From NCBI RefSeq assembly GCF_024521635.1, contig NW_026250425.1:186001-250000 (forward strand): 64,000 nt of DNA. The letters are read 5' to 3'. Source of the stretch: Tricharina praecox. Taxonomy: Eukaryota. The notes beneath the pieces were generated by a model. It was not told the origin of the DNA, did not search any database, and saw only the letters and a list, made by a program, of their open reading frames with translations. Made by a program: the position numbers and the translations under genes. Position 1 is the first letter of the stretch. Every line of letters starts with the position of its first letter. Shown one piece after another: positions 35,402 to 47,677 of the stretch.

Positions 35402-37313
35402 ATGGTGAAGCGCAATCCTCCACCACGCTCTGCTGTTTGGCCCCCGGAGCGCCAACCATTCGGCTTACCCAATCGACCGGAACCAGTCAATCGAACGGAA
35501 CCAACCAGCCGAGCTCCACCGGTCTTTTCCCGTCCGGACGGGTGTTGTCGGTGGATTGGGTGCCGTAAGACGCCCCAAACTCCAGCCTCGCTACGTGTAA
35601 GAATGTTTTTGTGGAGAATTGCGATTTACATCAGCTAAATGGGCCGCAACGACAGGAACATCTGGTGACGCACATACCGAGAGTAGAGTTCCCGTTCAAC
35701 TGTGAATGGGAAGCCTGCGGAAAGCCGCTTTCCTCCCGGGACGAGGGAGTCAATCATCTGATCCGTTGGCACCTCCAATACGACGGGAGGCTAGATGCGG
35801 TATACCCTACCCCTTCTATCCCGCGTGGGACCGCAACTGAAGTCTCCCAACGATAGCTTCCGGTTAGAAAGTTGGTGCCATCTTCAAGGCCGTGTCGGTG
35901 GCATGGGTGTGAATACCGTGTTTCTAAGGATGCCGTGGTGAATATGGCTGTAAGTTCCCTCTTCTACCGCGTGCAAACGAGCCAACTGTCGACTGAATCT
36001 ACGATGCTTCGCAGAAACACGCTGTGTCTGCGCACGTCAATAGGAGAAGCCAGCCCAATGTTTCACGGGCGTGTGAGTGGGAGGGTTGCGGTGAGATCTT
36101 CATCACTGCCCGTCTGCTTGCCGACCATCTCACTGTAATCCACGCGAGATTCTTTGGACCGGCGGTTATTTGTTACTGCGGGGAGCTGATAGGAAAGTCG
36201 GCCGTCAAGGCGCATGAAAATGTGAGATCAGCTAGCTCAGGAGCTGTACGAGGCTAACCGTCAGTGTAGTCTTGCGCTGTTCAGAATAACCTGCTGACAC
36301 CACCTGCGACTACAATCACCATCGAGTCAGACCCCCCATCTACTCGCGCTCAGAAGCGGGACCACAGCGACTCCGAGTACAGCCCACAACCCATTGCAAA
36401 CGAGCCTCGCAAGATCAAGAACCGCCGCACCACGTTCATCGATCTCTCGCACAACGATCCTCCTGTTGAGATGGAGACGTCTCCCGAGCCACCGGATGAG
36501 TCGCCCGACGATGATCAGTCACTACCGGGTCCCAAAGCGAGCCGAGGAAGCCAGAGCGTGGCGTTCCCGACGCTGGAGCAACAGCAGAGAATGGACGAGG
36601 AGATGATGCGCAAGCGTGCCGAGGAGAGGGGAAAGCGTCGCTTGGAGTACAAGCAGCAGAAGGAACAGCAACAGGAGCCGAAGACGCAAGACCTTCATGC
36701 GAGTCCGCATCGCGATCAGCACCATCAAGAGACACCGAAGACGCTGGACCCCCGTCTCACCCCACGCACCGGATCCTACGAGACTCCACAGCCGGGTACC
36801 CGTCAGACCGACACTTCAAAACTGAAACGGGCTCAAGACGCCATGCGATTGCTCGTTGAGTCTTTCCACAATCCGGAACACCAGCCGAAATCCATAGAGG
36901 CGGATATGGTGTCGGGATCCCGCCACAGGCAGCCCGACCAGCCCTCCAACCCCGACCAGGACTCGGCGCTCACCGCTCCCACCAGCGGCGCCCCGGCCGA
37001 CACCCCCCAGTCCGACGACCCCCTCGCAGGTACCGACGAACAGCAAAATGCCGTCGGCCGCGTCATCGCGCTCGCGGACAAGCTCCAGGGCCTCTCCGAC
37101 ACCATCCGCGCGGCAGTGCAAGTCCTCCCGGCTAGCTACATCGAAGGCCTGAACTACGAGCTCGGCAACGACTGGGCGGTCGACGAGATGAGGACCATGG
37201 TCGAGGGTGTCATCAAGGTCTACGGATACGGCGGAAACCGTGGATGGACCGCGGGAGACGAGCACCCGCAGTGGAACACTTCCACTAGACAGCAGCAGCA
37301 GCAGCAGGAATAG
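35402..37313 (+). CDS. C2H2 zinc-finger protein with tandem CxWxxC fingers, about 5 exons
   Basis: CRWIGC..EHLVTH, CEWEAC..HLIRWH, CRWHGC..HAVSAH and CEWEGC..HLTVIH are joined across four short GT-AG introns. The long disordered last exon ends at TAG 37313. Confidence 0.75.
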
Positions 37314-37600
37314 AGGTTTGGAGTTGTGCGGTGCGCGGTGCTTTTGTGCTGCTGCCCTCCAAAATGGCGCGGGCGATGGAGTTTGGTTTCGGTCTCGGTC
37401 TGGCTTTTTCTTGTTTTTGTGGGGGAGGGGGTGGCGTTGCGTGCTGTGCTGTATTTCTTCTTGCCCCATGGCTGCTTGACTGCTAGAGTTGCATACTTTT
37501 TCTCGACCAACCGCTTTACCTGCATACAGAGATTCTTTTACTTTTGCTTTTGCTATACCTTACTTGACCCTACATACTCGATAGGTACTTGATACTGTTA

Positions 37601-37963
37601 GGGCCCGTTTGGATGGCCTCAGTTTTCAGTTCCGGTCTTAGAGCGAAATTCAGTTCCCCGACGGGACACCGAATTCTGTCCAGTTTCAGTTTCCGGAGAA
37701 CTGTGAGGCGAACAGAGTGTTTGGCAGTTCTCAGATTACTCGGCCATAAGTCTGAATAATAGGCTTCTCCAGAACTTTAATAGTGGACACATTGTGGCCC
37801 CGTTTTTTTTTCTCTTCCCCGTAAAGGGGGTCCATGGTTGAAGTTAAAATGCGATAGTGAGTGGCGGCAAAGAAATGACCTCTCGAGGTCAGTACCAGTT
37901 TCGTTGCTGGAGCCGCACAGTTTCAGTTTTTTTTTAAGGATTTTGTGTCATCCAAACGGGCCC
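37601..37963. mobile_element. 363-bp PIF/Harbinger (Tourist-like) MITE
   Basis: Perfect 15-bp TIR GGGCCCGTTTGGATG / CATCCAAACGGGCCC, with TTA on both sides (37598-37600, 37964-37966). Confidence 0.9.
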
Positions 37964-38748
37964 TTAATCATCTGGGCCTTCTAGTGTACTTAACTATTCT
38001 TGCTGAAATGTATGGTTGCACAATGACATCAAGGTTACTGGCAACGAGTGACCCATATGTTGATGCCCAAGGGCCATAAGCTTCGGCCCGCAGTGAGCAA
38101 GGTGAGGTCCGTTCGGCCATCTGAAGCGAGACTCGCCGAGAGGATGGTACAAGTGGCGGTTGATAGGTGGCCGTGGCTTCCTTCTTCCCATCCTCCTTGC
38201 CGTAGCTGCTACGGGTATTCCACTTCCTTTCACGCAGCTCCTTCTTCTTCTGATCTTACCACTTTCTTTGGCACCAGGTATGCATACGACCAGCAAATCA
38301 GCTCACGAGTCATAGCAGCAAACACGGGATCACCAATTCACGGGACATCACCGAATATTCCAGCACAAAGCTCAAGAACCAAGCAGTCAATCAAAAAACA
38401 CGGCAATAGGTACCTAAGTGTAGGTATAGCGGCCAATCAACGGGGCAGCACAAGTGTGACCCCGAGTCCCGACTCCCGAGTCCGGATCAACCAAGTGAAG
38501 TTTTTCAATTTTGCTTTCGGGCTGGATGAGCAGAAATAGTAGTTAAAGATGGACACCGATGTGCATGTGAGTCACTGAGGGCCCGTGGGTTTGCTCGAAG
38601 CAAGAAAATGATTGCTTGTATGTATGTATGTAGGCAGCCACCTGGAGATGAGGATCTCCAGTCCATGCCAGTATGTATCATTTGCCCGCCCTCCCCGTCC
38701 CCGTCATATGTAACCTCCCTCCCTCCCAGTACCAGCCATCATTCCTAC

Positions 38749-40171
38749 CTATTCCTTCTCCGTCGGCTTCTGTCCATGGACAACATAGCTGTTTATTACC
38801 CATCAGCCTCGCCCCATCCAACGCGAGGAGTAGACGACTTACAAGTATGTATAAATATGATTATTCTTATTCATGACCGCCGCGGTCGCGCGTTTACAGA
38901 CCATATCCGCCTCTTCTGGATCCATTCCCAGTACCCTCGTAAAGACGGCCATGCCATAGGCATGAAACCCGGTGGGAGCACTCAACAGGGCCACAGCGCC
39001 CACCTGCTTCAGTTTCTTATCGTGCGCCCACGGCGCGAGCGGCTGCTTGCACGTGAAGATGTCGATGTCGACGAACCCGGCGTCCTCGAGATTGGCGCGC
39101 AGCGACTCGCCGGTCGCGGACGCTACTCGCCCCATCTTCCGTAGCCCGGAATCGAGGAGTGATAGGAAGACTTTCACGCCGTTGTCCGGCGACATGCTCC
39201 CATCATCGCTGTGCGCTACCCCGCCGAGCTCGGCGAGCTCGATGTACCCGCCGGGAATGGTGCAGCTAGGGTGGGTGGTTTTAGCGCGCTGGGAGGGGGA
39301 GGGAGAGGATGAGCTGAGCAAGATACGTACCGGTACGCTTCCGAAAGCACTTTCTCCCACTTCGTGACTGCTTGGGACAGGTTGCGGATGTGGATGAAAT
39401 CGAAGTAGTCCTGAGGGGTTAGACTCTGGGGGGAATTGCAGAACGGGGAAGGTGCATACCGGACGGAACGTCCAGTCCAGCTCTGCGTCGTCGAGTTCGA
39501 AGCGGCAGTTGGGCGGGACCCAGCCGGGTTGGATTGGACTGGTGGCGGTCAGTGTGATGGTAAGATTGTTGGGGGGAAGAGTGTCGTACCTAAGATCGAC
39601 GCCGATAACTTCCGCGGACGGGTATTTATCTGCCATATCTGCCATGTAACTCGCATCAGCTTGCGTCGTTGACAGAGGAGCCTTTTCCCCGTCCGTTCGT
39701 ATGTAGTTACTTACCGATAGCCCAAATCCCGGTCCCAGTGCCAACATCCAAGATACGATTCGGCGACTTCCCGATGGGAGCCCTGTGCAGCTTTCTATCC
39801 AGCAGGATGAGGAAGACCTCGTGGTGGACGTCGAGGCGGTCCTGCTCCGTCTCGTCCGTCGGCAGCGGGTTCTTGTCGGCGCCGAAGTAGGTGTGATAGC
39901 GCCGGCCTTCACTCATCACATCAGCAACTCGGAGTTAGTAGATATGTGGGGTGCGGCTACCGTTCTCGAAGGCGTACTCGCGGATCGAGTTCGTCAGGCT
40001 CGCCGTGCTCGTGTCGTAGCCGGATGTGGCATAGTCTTCATCACTGGGGTGCTCCAGCTATGGAGGTGGTGGGCGGCGGGTTAGTGGGCCTAGCCACTAA
40101 CAAGGCGTACACATGGAAGAACGTACTACGGCTGGGTCGACGGTGATCGCTGCTTGTGCTGAGCTAGACAT
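38749..40171 (-). CDS. LaeA-like class I SAM-dependent methyltransferase, multi-exon
   Basis: MSSSAQAAITVDPA, TASLTNSIREYAFENGRRYH, PTDETEQDRLD, ILDVGTGTGIWA, SPIQPGWVPPNCRFELDD, PGGYIEL and final YVVHGQKP; many short introns. Confidence 0.9.
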
Positions 40172-40233
40172 TGTCGAGACGAGTACAGTAGACGCGGAGA
40201 TGGGTAGATGGGTAGATTACCGGTGGGCTGGTA

Positions 40234-40307
40234 GGCGGTATATCGGCGGTATATAGGCGGTATATCGGCGGTATATAGGCGGTATATCGGCGGTATATAG
40301 GCGGTAT
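40234..40307. repeat. 11-bp tandem repeat GGCGGTATAT(C/A), about 6.5 units, upstream of the methyltransferase ATG
   Basis: Seen directly; the last base alternates C/A, giving a 22-bp higher-order unit. Confidence 0.92.
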
Positions 40308-42322
40308 GCGATGAGCGGTAGTTAGGCTGTATGTAGGCGTCAGGCGGTAGATAGTATATGGTAGTAGCGAGCCCAGTCCAGAGCGCAGCTATATACGACG
40401 GGACCACCGTACTTAACTTAACCATCCAACCCACTGCCAGTGACCACAGACAGACCACGGAGATCCGGGAGGCACATCATTCCACATTCCACACTCGCTA
40501 CCCCGCTCTGCAGTCAAGTTTGTCGCAGGCCCGACGGCGGCGGATATCCCCGCACAACTACTCAGTACATGCCTCGATCAGAAGCCTACAGCACCCGAGT
40601 TTGTTTTTGAGAAAAGCCTCCTACGCTGTTGCGTGGGGGCGGGCTTGCCCTTATCCACATCTGGTGCGCCGAGGATTACGAGCATGGGGTGCGCACGTCG
40701 TCGTGACGATGGACCATGGGTTCACTAGAGGCTTTGACTTGACTATGTTGTTTGGTGACTTCCTAAATACCGGTACTCATCGCGGAACGCATTGACTGCC
40801 TGCCTGCACGGCATGCTCTATATATCGGCGCTGCTATTCGTCGGCCTGTGTAGGCGGGTATATGTGCCTATGCCTATGCCTATATGCAAGCAAACATTGG
40901 CTCCCCGCTCGCCGCCCGCTCGCGATGCAATGCAAATGCACCCGCGCCGTGGAAAGATTTCGGGTACATACCACGGTAGTCGTGTGTACTATACTCTATG
41001 CATCATTCTTCTGGGCTTCTGGGTGAAACAACTCCCGGCCGGCGCACGCAACATTCCAGTCATCAGTGCAAGCTCGTTTTCTTGTCTCAAGGTTGGTTCA
41101 AGGTTTGTGGCTCGTCGAAGCCGATGCACACAGGGATTTATCATTTGGCTACCTTATGTACTCGGGTGTAAGGGTAAGTGCTGCTTCACCAGTTTGCCCC
41201 CCATACAGCTTAGCGTTTTTCCCATACAACTTAGTCACAACCACTCACTTATCTTATTGTATCCGGCTTAGTGCGCTCCTACTATAGCCTAGTGGTTATT
41301 TGCGCTTATAATTCGTAATGGTGGTGAGGCACCACTTATTGGCAGCTCCTGGTACTCCATGCTAGGCTGGAGGTGGTAGCGGCTGCAGCAGCCGGCTGCA
41401 GCTACTCTACTCTGCTCTAATTCGAGCACGGATCTGGGGTTAGTTAGCACGAGGCGAGGCGAGAGCTGGGCGGCGGCGGGCGCCCTGGAGGCGGGAGATC
41501 TGGCGGAGTGAAAGCACGGGAGGGCGTCGTCGGTTGCCAATTACTTACCCAGAGGTCTCGTCAACGCTGAGCGAGATACCGTACACACGGTAACAGATGA
41601 TACCAATCAGACACCTCACAGATCATTCCAACGACAAGCAATACGCTACTCTAGTGAGTGCTCCATACCCACTAACTATAGCCGCCGGCCCGCAGTCTGC
41701 GCCACGTGCGGCTAGTAACGCCGCATGCACGATACGGTACGTCGGTACCTATCAGATACTCAGGATACGGTATGTGTGGTGGGAGACCATGCCGCTGGTC
41801 CTTTCGGGCTGGACTCTGGAGACTTTCTATGTACATAATCGCCAGTTTGGCCGTCAACCGGGTGGATGCGATTCGATTCGCAGATCATGGGTTCATGGGT
41901 CGAGTGGATTCACCCCCACCGCTCGTGGGCTCCGCGGACGGTGAGGGACGGCGAAAGACTCCGAACTTCACCTCGCAAATAATGATGGAGCTGCGACGAA
42001 AGACGCGCAGACTCGACCCGCCGAGCTTGTTTACTTACCGGAGACTGGAGTAACTTTCGCTCGGTTGCGCGGGTACTCTGGTTATCTCGTCTCCGAGTCC
42101 CGACCGTCCATGCTGGTCTTCCCACGCCGCTCCAAAGATTCAAAGCCCGGTTGTGCGCGAAACGCGTACAAAATCCCACAGAGTCGAGATCCAACAGGAT
42201 TCCAGGCCATACTAGTTGGCGAACCGTCGACAGCGAAGGAGCCTCTGCGAGTCGCCGGAAGAGACTGCGTCGAGCATCGAATCGGGATTCGGGCAAGCCA
42301 TCGAGCAGCCACCTTTGCTACC

Positions 42323-45032
42323 TACCCTTGTAAAAAAAGGGGGGTATTTTTAACGGTGGAGCGACTGTTGTGCCATTATTTTTTCAAACCCGTAGGAAAA
42401 GGAAATACCACATCGTGATAGGTAGTTGAGAATCTCACACATGTCAAATTATTAACCTATAGAAGCCACCCAAAACATTGTACAGTCCGTGTTGGATACA
42501 CAGACGTGTTGCAAGTTTTTAACGGAGGGAGTGGATATACAGTTCACAGGCTTTCCCGTGAAAATTGTAAGCCGTAGTACAAGTGATCCTGTTTATAGAC
42601 AGCGAAATGGCCAGCAATTCCCTATGTGGTTAAAATAAAGCGTTTAAGTGCATTAAGGCTCCGTTCATCTCGCCATTATCTCATTATCTGGCTATGCCAA
42701 GCACGTAGCGCGACATAATGCTTTTAGCATTATCTCGCATTATGTCGTTTCGGCGCCCAGACTTCTGAGGCAACGCCACATCTACTGCTGCTACTACATA
42801 GAAGCTAGCCGGTAAGAGTATTTGAAGGGGAGCGAGCGGAGGTGAACCATTATGTAACAGGATCCTGGAGCCTCAAATGCGATGAAAAAAATTTCCACTG
42901 GGAATCTCGCGGATTTACTCAGTCATTCCTGCTCGGTGACTGGAGTTATTCCTGTTCATTGCCTAGAGCCATTCCTCCCATTACTAGAGTCATTCTTTCA
43001 ATGACTCTAACTGTATGAGTTGATTGACTCTGGCAACGCTTCCCGGATGACGCGTGTAATAAAAATCATTGCTTCCATAGTCTTTAGCTTCTAGAAGTTG
43101 CAAATTCTTCCGAAGAATCAAGTTTCCTGCCGAGGCAGGAGTTTTTGCTGTTCTAGTTGTTGAAATATCTGTACTCTCGTTGATTTTCGCGTCATGGTGG
43201 TGATGATGGTAGTGGTTGAGGTTGTCGATGGAGACTCCCCGCTTTTTTTTTTGTGTGGCGCAGCCCTACTTGACATAATAGCGAGATAATGGGTTGAGGT
43301 GAACACTTGCCACCTCAAATTATTAGTGAAATAATGGTTATCAACTTTGTGTGGTAGCAGGATGAGATAATTGTGAGATGAACGGAGCCTAAAACGTTGC
43401 AGCATCGTTTTCTTGGCATTTTTGGACTGTTGACGAGCAGCAGTATAACGTTTGATTATCAGGACGATGACGCTTAGCGTTGAAACTGTGCTCTTTTTCT
43501 CGCTTATATATGCAGCATTTTTCACATTGGTCTTGAAGCACTAAGCACATATGGATTTCTATTCTACTAGTACTACCTACGAGGCCAGCGGCCAGTATCC
43601 ACGGCGGCCAGTATCCAGTATCCATTATCCAGCATCCAGTATCCAGCATCCACGGCGGCCAGTATCCAGTATCCAGTATCCACAGAGGCTGGACAAGCAT
43701 TACTGCAAGGTGAGCTACCTATAAGAAACATGGGCTATTAGCGAGAGAAGCTATTAGGGAAAGGAGGAGCTGCGGTGAGAGTAGAGTTGCGGCGGAAGTA
43801 GCAGTTGCGGCGGGAGGGGGAACTACGGAGGAAGGGGGAATAGCAGTTGCGGCGGTAGGGGAGGAGTAGCGGGGGGGGGGGAGAAGCTGCGGTGGTGGGG
43901 GGAGTTGCGGTAGGGGAGTAGTTGCGGTGGGGGAGGAGATGTGGGCGGAGGTGGAGTTGTGGGGGGAGGAGGAGTTGTGGGGGAAGAAGAGGAAGAAGAA
44001 AAAGAAGAAGAGGCAGATGGCTAAGAGAGCATACGACCCCGCCATGCCCGCCATGCCCGCCAACGTTGGTGCCCTCTACTAACCACATTCGTCTTCTCCC
44101 ACCGACAGGAGTCCTCCTTCACTTCCTCCTCTTGCCGACACCTCCTCCCACAGCTCCTTCACACCACCAGGAGATAGGATCGCTGAGTAGGAAGGTGTGG
44201 GTATCTATATCGGCATTCAACTTCATCAAAACAGCCGGCTCGTGACGATAGCTGCATGTAAGTAAGGTGTAGAGGTTTGCGGGGAGTATTTGCAGCGGAA
44301 GAGATGAGATGGCGAGGATGTAAAAGAGATGAGATTGCGATGCTCCGGCTCAGTAGTTCTTTCTGACCTACAGCTAGCTTTGAATGTCTCCCGCTGTTGT
44401 ACGGTAACGCTGGTTTTATCATCACTTCCGGCTCACATGGGCTGTGTTAAAGTCCGCAAGAATACCGCTGTAATCTCACGGTATTGGTAGAGTCATTTCC
44501 CGAACTGACCGGGTCATTCCTAGAGTCATTCCACGGATTGACTAAGTGATTCCTAGAGTCACTTCACCAATTGACTGAGTCATTCCTAGAGTCATCTCGC
44601 GGATTGACTCTGTCATTTCTGTTGGACGACTCAAGTCATTTTTCATCCCCACCCCCACCAAACTCCCATTACTCCCTCCCGTGGCAGCTCGCCCATCGCT
44701 CCCCCACACCGGAAACAGGAGAAAAATGCCAAGAAAACGCCTAAGTGAGCACTAACCATATATCTCGCACTTGTGTTTTTATATTTCCACCAATTCCTGT
44801 TTACTTAAGCGTTAGATCAACGTATGATAAATTCACACATTGTCTGGCTTTTTGCCGGGTTTACAATTTAAAATGGGTGTACTGTCTATCATCATTTTAT
44901 TTCCGCATTGGTTTTACGTTGCTCATGTTATTCTAGATGCAATAGTTGCGCAATACTGCGAGGCCGCTTGTGAAATCTAATCGCGCAACCATTTCCCCAC
45001 CCACCGCCCACGTTTCTTTTTTTACAAGGGTG
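42323..45032. mobile_element. Putative non-autonomous CACTA/EnSpm(CMC)-like DNA transposon, about 2.7 kb including a nested insertion
   Basis: ACCCTTGTAAAAAAAG (42324-42339) is the exact inverse of CTTTTTTTACAAGGGT (45016-45031). The right end reads CACCC on the minus strand, CC flanks both ends, and a second exact 18-bp inverted pair lies at 43406-43423 / 44722-44739. AT-rich termini; no transposase ORF seen. Confidence 0.6.
42657..43389. mobile_element. 733-bp PIF/Harbinger-like non-autonomous element nested in the larger element
   Basis: TIR GGCTCCGTTCATCTCGCCATTATCTCAT versus the right-end reverse complement GGCTCCGTTCATCTCACAATTATCTCAT (26/28 identical); TAA at 42654-42656 and 43390-43392. 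Confidence 0.88.
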
Positions 45033-46394
45033 CCTATGATACATAAGCGCCACAAGTAACTATCGACCAGTGATCAGTGGGCAGTGGCCAGTGACCAGTG
45101 ACCACAGACAACGGACAGCGGACAACGGACAACGGACATCGCGAGCAATGAACGGTGGGTATTGAGGATTCGATTTTCGCCAGGGCCGGAAACAGAGCCA
45201 GGGCCAAAGCCGGCAGATCTATCGCTTCGAGGTGCTGGGGTACCTACTCTAATAATCTTGAATCTCGAGACGGGGCAGATATATATAGTACCTACCAGGT
45301 ATACCTTGCCGGAGAACACGATGCAATAAGCAAACTCGTTCGCTTCTTTTATCGGCCTGGTCGGTACAAAGTAGCAAGCAAAACAAGCTCGAATATGTGA
45401 CCACTCGGAGAGAGATAGAACTTCGACATATTCTCTCGTCCAGCCTTGCCAGACTACCTATGGCGACCACACGTAACTAACACTCAGCCCACACCGATCC
45501 CCATCGAGTGATACACAATGAACACCAGTTGGAACAACTTACTTCCTGCTGTTTCCTTTCCTGTCGTTTTCCATTACTACTCGAGTAGTTCGAGTGCTTT
45601 AGCTGAGTAGCTGCCCACAACGCAGCAGCACACTTACTATACTCAGGCGGCCCCTTGGCATGGTGTAGCGGACGCAGTTTGAGAAGAGAGAGGAGAAAAG
45701 TGCAGTGCAACGGTTTGCTGACTGTCTCAAGCTGTTTACCGGTCTTGCAGCTGACTTGTACGTAAGCCTTCGGTAATAGTTGTCGATACACATTGATGGA
45801 TGCAGACACGGACCCTGCGATCGAACGTTCAACGTTCAACGGGTACATACCTACATGCGTCCGTGTATGATGTGTGTACACAGGGCTATAGGCTCGATTT
45901 ATCTCCGGGTTTTCGGGAGCGCAAGCTTCAATGGCGACCGGTGTTGACGGAAGACTGCTGCGCTGATTCGGGCCTTTGTTACGCACCACGGCGGTCCGAT
46001 CATAGGAGGCGTCTTCGAGGTCTGCGGAAGTCAACAGCGGGTGAATCCACGGTTCCGATTCGCGAGCACATTTTGAAGAAAGAAAAATTCTAGACTGGTG
46101 CCCCATCGGCAGTACTTCCCTTGCAGCCATTCGCCGAACGCATGTATGCATGTATGCGAGGGGCACGGTGGTGTGTGTACTCCTAGATGCAATACCGTTG
46201 CAGACTCCAGAGTGGTACGCGACTTCGACGACGAAGAGGCAGTCACGTATCTATCCGCCTCCGTCTCTGTCCGTAATGTTGATCAAGGCTGGACTGCACA
46301 CTGCGGACTGCGAGCTCCCGTCTTCCCAGGCCGACAGGTATCACACACCGGTTCATCGAAACGGTCGAAACGGCCCTTCGCAGGGAGGGGAGTG

Positions 46395-46557
46395 GGGAGT
46401 GAGGGAGTGAGGAGTGAGGGAGTGAGGAGTGAGGGAGTGAGGAGTGAGGGAGTGAGGAGTGAGGGAGTGAGGAGTGAGGAGTGAGGAGTGAGGAGTGAGG
46501 ATAGCTGCTCGCAGCCGGCCAATCAGCCTTCAGCCTTCAGCCTTCAGCCTTCAGCCT
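46395..46557. repeat. GAGTGAG(G) and TCAGCCT simple repeats
   Basis: Seen directly. Confidence 0.9.
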
Positions 46558-47677
46558 TTGGGCAGTTTAACTGCACGTTGACGCTGGCCATCATACGAGA
46601 AGTTACTGAGTGACGGGAAACCGGATGCCATATGTATAATCCGCTTCTCCAACTTCAGAGACCAATGGTCTTCAGCTGGTAGAGTCGTATGTAGGCTGTA
46701 TGTAGGCTGCACATATGCGGCTGGATTGCAAATCATCCAACAGACGACCACGTTGTTTGCACTCTCAGTCGTGGGTGTCGTCCGAGCGTTTCCTGCCAGC
46801 AGCAAAACCACGCATCAGTATCTGCACTTTACCGGGGGGCTTCCTCGCTTTCTCAGGCTCTGGCGGTTCCGCTGCTGAGACTGGGCTGCGTCCTGCCGTA
46901 ACTACACACCATAACCACCGCCTGCGAGAACCGGCGGCAGTCAATCGCCTTCTCCACGGTTCAATCGTCTCAACAGTATGTAAAAAACTTCCTCACTTTT
47001 TCTCACGGTATCCGTATTTCTGCTGGGTATGCCCTGCCTACCATAACTGCCACCTACCATAACCACCACCTACAGCCTACACACAAAACCCGCCGGCAGT
47101 AAAGTGCCTTCTTATTTCCCAAGCTTCAATCGTCTTCCCAGACGGACGGCCAAGCGCAGCACGAGTCAAGACGCATCCAGATTGCTCTGCATCATCAGCA
47201 ACGGTCTCGGCAAGGATTGCCCTGTCTCCGAGTCGGTGCCTGCATGACGGGCTTCCATGTGTTTCTGCACGGGAACCCATCACTCTATCCGTTCATTCGC
47301 ATTGGAAACATCATCCTAACCCAACCCCCCCGGCCCGCATAGAGCTATCGCCGCCTGCAGTGCCCCGCCTTTCGTCAATCCCCCCCAGAGTCTGGTCCAT
47401 CACCAACCTACCAGCGTCTCCTCTCCATTCCTCCCTCCCTTGTCCCTTCCCTCAGCTCCTTTCACGCCGAGTAATCACATTCCTTTTCGTTTGCATTCAC
47501 CACTCTCCCTTTCCATAAACTGCTTCTCATTCGATACCGCCGCCCAGTGACAGCTGAGAGACACCACATCACCTAGCGCCAGTCATCTATTCTCGTCCGT
47601 GACAGCCCTCAATCGCAGTCACCGCCGTCACAGCACGAGCGTAGCACATTCCAGCCTCCATTCACGAGCACCCGAGA

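Noticed and set aside
1896..40171. ABM, GFA, TmpA-like and LaeA-like genes as a secondary-metabolite cluster
   Set aside because: No PKS, NRPS or terpene backbone gene, and they are interspersed with housekeeping genes.
41284..41360. TAGCCTAGTGGTTA resembling a tRNA A-box
   Set aside because: No B-box (GTTCRA) or cloverleaf follows; I found no tRNA or 5S gene in the window.
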